Source: Octopus sinensis (taxonomy: Eukaryota). From it: a stretch of 16,069 bases of DNA. Shown here one piece after another: positions 7,600 through 16,069 of the stretch. Below the pieces are notes generated by a model, which searched no databases, was not told the DNA's origin, and was given only the letters and a program-made list of their open reading frames with translations. Numbering within the stretch: the first letter of the stretch is position 1; every line of letters begins with the position of its first letter. The stretch is from assembly GCF_006345805.1 (NCBI RefSeq), contig NW_021825239.1, positions 1 through 16,069 on the forward strand. The letters are read 5' to 3'. A program made the translations under genes and the position numbers.

Positions 7600-8690
7600 G
7601 CCCGTAATATAGCCTGAACAGGATAATGGTGGAAGGAATGTCGATAATGTTTAATGTTTAATACATAAGCACTGATAATGTTGGGCAACGTAGTGATAAT
7701 GTTATTTGAAGGAAGGAATGATAATGTTGGGTGGGAGATGTGGAAATGACGTTGACTGAAGAAATAGTGATAATTTTAGGAGAAATAGTCTTAATGTTGA
7801 ATGAGGTGTTATTGATAATGTAGGGGGGAAGGATTAATGATAAAATGGGTTGAAGAAATTAGTAACAAGGTTGTGTTTTCGGCGAGTTGGCAGAAACGTT
7901 AGCACGCTGGCCGAAATGCTTATCGGTACTTCATCTGCCGCTACGTTCTGAGTTCAAATTCCGCAGAGGTCGACTTTGCCTTTCATCCTTTCGGGGTCGA
8001 TTAAATAAGTACCAGTTACGCACTGGGGTCCATGTAATCGACTTAATCCGTCTGTCTGTCCTTGTTTGCCCTCTCTGTGGGTAGTAAAGAAATAGGTATT
8101 TCGTCTGCCTCTACGTTCTGAGTTCAAATTCCGCCGAGGTCGACTTTGCCTTTGTCCTCTCTGTATTTTGTCCTCTCTGTATTTTGCCCCTTGTGAGTAG
8201 TAAAGAAATAGGTTGTGTTGAGAAATTGTAATAATGTTGGGTGACTGAAGTTTCGATAATGATCGATGGAGAAAAGGTTTATAATAGTGAAAGGAATATC
8301 GATGATGTTTTATTTTTAATACAATATGCACTGATAATGTTATTTCAAGGAAAGGACGATAATTTTGGGTGGAGGATGTGGAAAAAATTGTTTGATCGAA
8401 GAATTAGTAATAATGTTGAATGAGGTAGGAATGATAATGGTGGGTGAAATTGTTAGTGATAAAACGGGTGGAAACAATTAGTTCCGAGGTTGTGTTGAGA
8501 AATTGTAATAATGTTGTGGGTGACAAGAGTTTTGATATTATTCGGTGAACAAAGGGTTGATAATTTGTGCACGGAATACTGATAACGTTCGCTTTTCTTT
8601 TTTTTTTTTTATATATATACACAAAGGTGCCGGTAATGTTATGAGAAGGAAATGCTGATAATGCATATGAAAAATATATTATGACAGGAA
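7600..8690. repeat. Degenerate GATAATGTT-based minisatellite with ~280-bp higher-order duplication, interrupted by a SINE
   Basis: gataatgt/gataatgg recurs every ~20-30 bp. ggttgtgttgagaaattgtaataatgttg occurs at 8211 and 8489; taatgttgaatgaggt...gataatg at ~7792 and ~8410; gataaaa(t/c)gggt at ~7839 and ~8458. Confidence 0.75.
7878..8209 (+). mobile_element. Tail-A SINE homodimer (full unit plus internally deleted second unit) with 10-bp TSD
   Basis: Head ggcgagttggcagaaacgttagcacg, B box, central domain and tail; junction aaagaaata|ggtatttcgtctg at 8094/8095. Second unit has a deletion and a 17-bp duplication (tttgtcctctctgtatt x2). Flanking aggttgtgtt at 7868-7877 and 8210-8219. Confidence 0.9.
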
Positions 8691-9116
8691 TCTTAAACAA
8701 GACATATTGTGTAGAAAGAAAAATAATCTTTTCATTTAGAAAAAAGTAATTCTAAAAGTTGTTGATTTTTACGTCGTTAAGTTGTGGTTGATTTTTTTTT
8801 TTGTCTTTTTAAATTTGTTTTTTTGGAAAACATTTCTTGTAAGATTAAAAAAAAATAGTAAGACTACCAAAAAAAACAAAACAAAAAAATAATAGAACGA
8901 AAAACAGCTAAAATACTGTTTATTTTGTTTTTGTTTATTTCGGTTTCTGTTTTTTTTGTTTTTTGGATATTACAAATAACATGTTTATTTATATGTTTTT
9001 TTTCTTTATTCTTACTTTTGAGATGTTTTTTTTCTTTAAATTTTCTTCCAAATCATTCAACATGGCAGAAAACGAGACAGGGAAAAACAAAATGAAACAA
9101 TACAAGAAAACAACGC

Positions 9117-9127
9117 GATGGTAATGG

Positions 9128-9158
<31 letters not shown>

Positions 9159-9342
9159 AGTATTAATGGTGACAGTGGTGATGGTAGTAATGGTGCTGAT
9201 GAGTGTAGTGGTGGTGGTGGTGGTGGTGGTGCGTGTGATAGTGGTGGTGGTGGTGGTGGTGGGTGTGGTAGTGTTATTGATGATAATGACCGCGACGATG
9301 ATGAAAATGATGATGATGATGATAATGATGATGATGATGATT

Positions 9343-9375
<33 letters not shown>

Positions 9376-9405
9376 TTGATGATGATGATGATGATGTTGA
9401 TGATA

Positions 9406-9464
<59 letters not shown>

Positions 9465-9595
9465 AGTATATATGAAGGTAATGGTGATGGTGGTGATGGT
9501 GAGTGTAGTGGTGGTGATGGTTGTGAGTACGGTAGTGGTGGTGGTGGTAATAGTGATGATGACGACGACGACGACGACTACGATGATGATGATGG

Positions 9596-9629
<34 letters not shown>

Positions 9630-9775
9630 AGTATATATGAAGGTAATGGTGATGGTGGTGATGGTGAGTGTAGTGGTGGTGGTAGTAGTGATGATGACGA
9701 CGACGACGACGACAACGATGATGAAGATGACGATGATGATGATGCGATGATGACGATGAGGATGATGATGATGGA
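9117..9775. repeat. Complex (GAT)n/(GGT)n/(GAC)n trinucleotide repeat with internal duplications
   Basis: Read directly. gaaagtatatatgaaggtaatggtgatggtggtgatggtgagtgtagtggtggtg occurs at 9462 and 9627 (165-bp period), with a diverged copy at 9156. Confidence 0.95.
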
Positions 9776-9874
9776 AGAAATATAGGAAAAACATTTTAAA
9801 GTAGAATATATGTATTTATGTACTTCATATATATATGTGTGTGTATGTGTGTGCGTGTATTCACTTATATATAT

Positions 9875-9908
<34 letters not shown>

Positions 9909-10579
9909 CTAATATATATATATATATAAGGTATATTTTTAAAATTTCTAAGTATGGCCAAACTCACATTTACTTGTGTGTGAGTGTGTCTGTCTGTCTG
10001 TCTGTGTGTGTGTGTGATAAATTGATATCACCATAAGACTGGAGGACAGTTAAGATACACATAGAGTAACAGAAATACAGAGAACATTTATTTTTAACCC
10101 AAAATCAACAAACAACAGCCACACCAAAAATACATCATCATATATAATCGAGAGAACGGTCATACCACTTGAACTCATTCAACTTCTTCTGTAAAGTGGA
10201 ATAGAACCAGAGGCCGAATATATGTGTGTCTCTAAGTAGGACTGTGTCCATATATGTACGTATATATTTATATACATGTATGTATATATGTGCGTATATG
10301 TGTATATGTGTGTAGATAGAATAAGAGTTGCAAAGATCGGTATAGGTAGAGAGGTTGGTACAAATATACCTACGTAAATAGACAGACAGAGAAACAAAGA
10401 GAGGGGGGAAGGGGGGGGAGAGACAGAGAGACAGAAAAGGGAAGAGAAAGAAAGGTAGAAAGAGAGTAACGTGGAAGGATGTGCTGACGGATGTTGAGAA
10501 GCTAGAGGGCGCAAAAAATAAAATTACGGTAAAAATTATCTGACAAGGAATATTTTGAACATTGGATGTTTTAATTATA

Positions 10580-10654
10580 TAGTGAGATCGAGAGGGAGAC
10601 AAAGAGAGAGAGACAGACAGACAGACAAAGAAAGAGACAAACAGAGAGAGAAAG

Positions 10655-10692
<38 letters not shown>

Positions 10693-11060
10693 GAATGTAT
10701 GGAATGAATGGTGTAAACAAGGTGCTGAGTTCATCATTAATTAATTTAGATATAGATATAGGTGAATGTATTTACACCTACACACTCGCCCGCACACACA
10801 CGTGTGTAGAGGTGTATATTATTATACGGACAGACATAATCCTATGATTGCACACACACACACACACACATATATATATGTATATATATATGTGTGTGTG
10901 TTTGTGTTTGTGATAACATATATACATACATGTATGTTCATATATTTATATATAATTGTGTGTGGTACACATATGTATTTAACACACATACATATATATA
11001 TACATACACACACACACGCATATATGTCCACATATACATATGTTCCTCACGCACTTATGT
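10580..11060. repeat. Mixed (GA)/(GACA)/(TA)/(CA) microsatellite-derived low-complexity region
   Basis: Read directly; explains ORFs 10766..11089, 10822..11031 and 10894..11097. Confidence 0.85.
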
Positions 11061-11274
11061 GTACACTCTACAGATGTATCGATCGTTGAATGTCTGAAGA
11101 AATGGTACAAAAATATATAAAGACTAAATGAATCTATTAGAAAGACATCAGCCATCTTGGGTTATAGTTATTTTGAAAACGGTAATTTTTATTCTGTACA
11201 TCACAGAAACTGCGGAAATGCCATAGAAATGGAAGCATAACATAGTTTCTTGCGGCTGATGATGCCGTCACTGT

Positions 11275-11360
11275 TGTTGTAGTAATGATTGTTGTTGGTT
11301 TTGTTGTTAGTGTAATTGTTGTTCTTGTTGCTGTTGTTGTTGATGATGATGATGATGTTG
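11275..11360. repeat. (GTT)n/(GAT)n degenerate trinucleotide repeat
   Basis: Read directly. Confidence 0.85.
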
Positions 11361-11561
11361 ACCATGTTGTTGCTAGCTCCTTATCAACGCAGTAATTTTT
11401 TTTTTGCTTTTGCTTTTTTCAAATCTAAAATATCTACTGAAAGCCTTTCTATCTTAATGATGTTATGTCAGGACTTGAAGGACGATTGATTGTTATCTCT
11501 AGCCGGCTGAGTGAAGACATAGGGACTGTTTCATTTAAAGACTCGTTATGTATTTATTTCT

Positions 11562-12712
11562 TTTTTCACTATTGCCCACAAGTGGCTAAACACAGAGGGG
11601 ACAAACAAGGACAGACAAAGGAATTAAGTCGGTTACATCTACCCCAGTGCGTAACTGGTACATAATTTATCGACCCCGAAAGGATCAAAGGCAAAGTCGA
11701 CCTCGGCGGAATTTGACTCAGAATGTAGCGCAGACGAAATACCTATTTCTTTACTACCACCCACAAGGGGCTAAACACAGAGTGAACAAACAAGGACAGA
11801 CAAACGGATTAAGTCGGTTACAATCGACCCCATGCGTACTGGTACATAATTTATCGACCCCGAAAGGATGAAAGGCAAAGTCGACCTCGGCGGAATTTGA
11901 ACTCAGAACGTAAAGGCAGACGAAATACCTATTTCTTTACTACCCACAAGGGGATAAACATAGAGGGGACAAACAAGGACAGACACAGGGATTAAGTCGA
12001 TTACATCGACCCCAGTGCGTAACTGGTACTTAATTTATCGACCCCGAAAGGATGAAAGGCAAAGTCGACCTCGGCGGAATTTGAACTCAGAATGTAGCGG
12101 CAGACGAAATACCTATTTCTTTACTACCCACAAGGGGATAAACATAGAGGGGACAAACAAGGACAGACACAGGGATTAAGTCGATTACATCGACCCCAGT
12201 GCGTAACTGGTACTTAATTTATCGACCCCGAAAGGATGAAAGGCAAAGTCGACCTCGGCGGAATTTGAACTCAGAATGTAGCGGCAGACGAAATACCTAT
12301 TTCTTTACTACCCACAAGGGGCTAAACACAGAGTGGACAAACAAGGACAGACAAACGATTAATTCGAGTTTTACATCGACCCCAGTGCGAACTGGTACTT
12401 AATTTATCGACCCCGAAAGGATGAAAGGCAAAGTCGACCTCGGCGGAATTTGAACTCAGAATGTAGCGGCAGACGAAATACCTATTTCTTTACTACCCAC
12501 AAGGGGCTAAACACAGAGTGGACAAACAAGGACAGACAAACGGATTAAGTCGATTACATCGACCCCAGTGCGAAACTGGTACTTAATTTATCGACCCCGA
12601 AAGGATGAGAGGCAAAGTCGACCTCGGTGGAATTTGAACTCAGAACGTAAAGGCAGACGAAATATCGCTAAGCATATCACCCGGCGTGCTAACCTTTCTG
12701 CCAGCTCGCCGT
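11562..12712 (-). mobile_element. Six-unit head-to-tail tandem array of the tail-A SINE (~184-bp period), with a single tRNA-like 5' head at 12667-12712
   Basis: Junction cagacgaaatacc|tatttctttac at 11743/4, 11929/30, 12113/4, 12297/8 and 12482/3 (spacings 186, 184, 184, 185). Every unit has the B box and central domain; only the rightmost continues into the A-box head. Candidate degraded TSD ttatgtatttatttct (11546-11561) vs ttatgcctttatttct (12715-12730), 14/16. Confidence 0.92.
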
Positions 12713-13083
12713 CTTTATGCCTTTATTTCTGTTAATCTACCCATCAGTTCATCAGTTTATCCATTGGTCGAGATATTCATCTGTCCATTGGAAACACCGA
12801 AGCCAGCGACCATGAAATTACTGGCCGAAGGACATAAGAATGATGGAGACGTCCCCTACTTGAAAGTATAACCAGGGTCAGAAGCAGAAACCGCTGCATA
12901 AAGATGGTGCATTGTCCCTGCGCCACAACTTTCAGCAACGAACAATGCGAATACATAATGCAAAGCAACGTACGAGGGTGGTCAAAAAGTAATGCCATTT
13001 TGTTTAGGACGGGTATAATTACCAACACAGGAACATGTATCATACATCAAAATGAAGCTGGTCCTCTGTGGATCACATTCCTG

Positions 13084-13275
13084 CTTCTCAACCTAGTCAC
13101 CGTTTCTCTCAATAGCAATGTTCCGCTTTCGAAAGAGAGCATGTATCCCTGCCCCGTTAAATTCTGTTGACTGTTCTTTGAGCCACTTCTTCACTACAGT
13201 TTTCACTTCCTCGTCACTGGAATAATGTTTGCCTCTCAAAGCCTCTTTCGTAGGTCCTAAGAGATGATAGTCCAG
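13084..13275 (-). pseudogene. Mariner transposase C-terminal fragment (left arm)
   Basis: LDYHLLGPTKEALRGKHYSSDEEVKTVVKKWLKEQSTEFNGAGIHALFRKRNIAIERNGD*VEK. This is the sequence following the mariner YSPDLAPSDY motif through to the typical GDYVEK terminus; one in-frame stop. Confidence 0.9.
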
Positions 13276-13312
13276 TGAAGATGATAGTCCAGTGAAGATG
13301 ATAGTCCAGTAA
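13262..13312. repeat. 3 x 17-bp tandem repeat at the fold-back centre
   Basis: agatgatagtccagtga at 13262 and 13279, agatgatagtccagtaa at 13296. Confidence 0.95.
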
Positions 13313-13313
13313 A

Positions 13314-13445
13314 GAGGCAGTGAAAACTGTAGTGAAGAAGTGGCTCAAAGCACAGTCAGCAGCATTTTATGGGGCACGGATACATGCTCTCATTCGAAGG
13401 TAGAACATTACTATTGAGAGAAATGGTGACTATGTTGAGAAGTAG
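13314..13445 (+). pseudogene. Mariner transposase C-terminal fragment (right arm)
   Basis: EAVKTVVKKWLKAQSAAFYGARIHALIRR*NITIERNGDYVEK*. Confidence 0.9.
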
Positions 13446-14078
13446 GGATGTGATCCACAGAGGACCAGCTTCATTTTGATGTATGATACATGTTCCTGTG
13501 TTGGTAATTATACCCGTCCTAAACAAAATGGCATTACTTTTGGACTCACCCTCGTACATGTTCTCATTCGAAGGTGGAACATTGCTATTGAGAGAAACGG
13601 TGACTATGTTGAGAAGTAGGGATGTGATCCACAAAGGACCAGCTTCCTTTTGATGTATGATACATATTCCTCTGTTGATAATTATACCTGTCGTCAACAA
13701 AATGGCATTACTTTTGGACTCATCCTCTTACATGCTCTCATTCGAAGGTGGAACATTACTATTGAGAGAAACGGTGACTATGTTGAGAAGTAGGGATGTG
13801 ATCCACAGAGGACCAGCTTCATTTTGATGTATGATACATATTTCTCTGTTGATAATTATACCTGTCGTCAACAAAATGGCATTACTTTTGGACTCACCCT
13901 CGTACATGCTCTCATTCGAAGGTGGAACATTGCTATTGAGAGAAATGGTGACTATGTTGAGAAGTAGGATTGTGATCCACAGAGGACCAGCTTCATTTTG
14001 ATGTATGATACATGTTCTTGTGTTGGTAATTATACCTGTCGTCAACAAAATGGCATTACTTTTTGACTCACCCTCGTA
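13383..14078 (+). repeat. 4 x 174-bp tandem repeat of the mariner terminal segment, each unit ending in a TIR plus TA
   Basis: Units 13383-13556, 13557-13730, 13731-13904 and 13905-14078. Each starts catg(c/t)tctcattcgaagg and ends ggcattacttt(t/g)gactca(c/t)cctc(g/t)ta. Confidence 0.95.
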
Positions 14079-14102
14079 TATATTATAAACATTTGGTTAT
14101 GA

Positions 14103-14155
14103 GTAGATGGCTGCGCAGGTTATTATGTGATGTAGATGGCTGCGCAGGTTATTAT
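14103..14155. repeat. Short tandem duplication (24-bp perfect repeat, 29-bp period)
   Basis: gtagatggctgcgcaggttattat at 14103-14126 and 14132-14155. Confidence 0.9.
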
Positions 14156-14399
14156 TAGATAATAAACATGGCTATGCGGCTGTTTTCATTATCCATGTCT
14201 CTGTATATCAATGTTTTACGTGTCTACTTCACGATGTTGAAACCATGGAACAAATGAAGTGCCAACTACACTTCAGCAACGGGAGGTTTCCGTTCATTTG
14301 AAACCTGTGTTATATAAAGAAGAATTATTCTTCATACAGTTTCAGATCACGTGAACGCTGTTTGTGATAAACGCCTAAATTATCCAACCCCTTCTCACT

Positions 14400-15120
14400 T
14401 GATATACATATATACTTACATACATACATACATACATATATACGCCCATACATACATACTACATACGTACGTACGCGAAAACATACATACATTCAAACAT
14501 GCATAAATACATACATTCATAAAAAGATACATACGCCCGTACGTGCATACATACATACATACGCATACATACATACATACATTCATTCATAAATACATAC
14601 TTTCATATAGACATACATCCATACATACATTCATACATACATACGCACATATGTACATACATTCAAACATAGATACATACATACATACATGCATACAGCT
14701 ATACATACATACATACATACATACATACGTACATACAAACATACAAACATACATACAAACATACATACAGGCATATACACATACTTTCATACATACATTT
14801 ATGTACATACATACACACATACATACATGCACAAACATACATGCATAAACCCGTACAAACATATATATAATACATACATATACCTATACATACATATATA
14901 TACATACATATACATATACATACATGCATACATACATACAATACACACATACATACATCCATACATCCATACATCCATACATCCATCCATTCATACATAC
15001 ATACATACATACATACGTACATATATACATACATACGTACATACATACATACATACATACATACATACATACATACATACATACATACGTACACACAAAA
15101 ACACATACATGCATGCAAAC
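14400..15120. repeat. Long degenerate (TACA)n microsatellite field
   Basis: Read directly; explains the HTYI/MYVC-type ORFs in the track. Confidence 0.95.
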
Positions 15121-15249
15121 ACAGGAATTATTTGATTTCCTGTTTGAAAACTTAATAATAGGAAATTTCTTATAAGTTTATCCATCATGTAGAATTTTGC
15201 GATTCCCAGGAACAAATGAACATGTGGAACGGTAAATACATAAAACCTA

Positions 15250-15304
15250 AACATACACACACACACGCACACACACGCACACACACGCACACACACACAC
15301 ATAC

Positions 15305-15346
<42 letters not shown>

Positions 15347-15673
15347 TATGCATATACAGTTACATAAATTTATGTATACAGATATATATAATATATATAA
15401 AAATTTATATATATATATATACATACAGACATATATATATATGTATGAATATATGTTAAAACCTGTATATATATATTATATATATATATATATATAATAA
15501 ATATATATTTATACACACACTATATATATATATATATATATATATATGCATAACAGCTACATACATTTATGTATACAGATAATATATATATATCTAACAT
15601 ACACATATATATGTATGAATATATGTATACTATTTATATATATTATATTATATATATATAAATAATTATTTAT

Positions 15674-15708
<35 letters not shown>

Positions 15709-15746
15709 CATGCATACAAATGCATATTTATATACATGTACATGTC

Positions 15747-15790
<44 letters not shown>
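15250..15790. repeat. (CA)n/(TA)n/(TG)n microsatellite field
   Basis: Read directly. Confidence 0.95.
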
Positions 15791-16069
15791 TCTCTCTGTA
15801 TGACCCGCTTTTCTGTTTTCCTACCTATCTAGCTGTTTAGATAATTATCCATTTACCTGGCCAAAATTGGTAGTTCTCTGTCGGCTTCTGCATCACTTCA
15901 ATTTTCTGTGCTTCTTTCGATATACACAACCAAAAACACATACACATACACATCCATTTATTCATACATTCCTATATATAAATATGCGCGTATGTGTCTG
16001 TGTGTATGCATGTACATTCCACATATGTGTATTTATGTCATAAATAATTATGTTCATTTTTCGTATATA

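Larger units (their letters stand above)
12971..14078. mobile_element. Mariner-derived fold-back non-autonomous element with TA TSD and tandemly amplified right end
   Basis: TA-cgagggtggtcaaaaagtaatgccattttgtt at 12971 and aacaaaatggcattactttttgactcaccctcg-TA ending at 14078 (TIR pair differing by one indel). The left arm 12971-13275 is the reverse complement of the mariner 3' end; the right arm starts at ~13305. Confidence 0.92.

Noticed and set aside
8720-9050. A-rich followed by T-rich tracts suggesting a long hairpin
   Set aside because: Complementarity is only between low-complexity A/T runs.
11197-11240. Good-looking splice acceptor (ttttattctgtacatcacag) followed by short frames
   Set aside because: All three frames stop within ~13 codons and there is no recognisable product; insufficient support.
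11256-11262. Third CTGATGA motif
   Set aside because: Lies at the edge of a GAT/GTT repeat, with no stem II or GAAA downstream.
11562-12712. CRISPR-array interpretation of the regular repeat
   Set aside because: Whole ~184-bp units repeat with no unique spacers, the units are SINE-derived, and there are no cas genes in a eukaryotic context.
11562-12712. Hammerhead retrozyme interpretation of the SINE array
   Set aside because: No CUGANGA core found on either strand of the unit. Other ribozyme classes cannot be excluded by eye.
12777-14048. ORFs 12777..13043, 12904..13170, 13356..13700 and 13728..14048 with repeated peptide GIITNTGTCIIHQNEAGPLWIT
   Set aside because: Antisense readings of the mariner 3' end; repetition follows from the 174-bp (58-codon) tandem unit.
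15330-15720. Cryptic ~170-200-bp duplication inside the TA field (tatgcata.acag.tacata.atttatgtatacagat; atgtatgaatatatgt)
   Set aside because: Real but ordinary slippage or unequal-exchange history of a microsatellite field; no further structure.

Overview
AT-rich, microsatellite-saturated animal genomic DNA with no confidently identifiable host gene. The repeat families and (TA)/(TACA)/(GATA) density look like a cephalopod (Octopus-type) genome; this is inferred from remembered repeat sequences, not from a search. Nearly all ORFs in the supplied track are by-products of simple repeats or transposon antisense strands. The window is a mosaic of mobile-element remnants: (1) the 3' end of an RLE-type (R4/NeSL/HERO-like) non-LTR retrotransposon; (2) a complete ~400-bp non-autonomous Helitron; (3) a CORE-like SINE; (4) a ~700-bp head-to-head inverted pair of Penelope-like terminal repeats, each carrying a minimal type I hammerhead-ribozyme-like motif; (5) a tRNA-headed SINE present as a monomer, a homodimer, a heterodimer and a six-unit ~184-bp head-to-tail array; (6) a mariner 5' fragment; (7) a TA-flanked fold-back element built from two mariner right ends, followed by a 4 x 174-bp tandem array of the TIR-bearing end. 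The most notable pattern is the SINE multimer system. The same tail-to-internal-head junction recurs at two independent insertion sites, and the junction is self-complementary (the 3' tail can pair with the re-entry point), suggesting end-joining or template jumping during retroposition.
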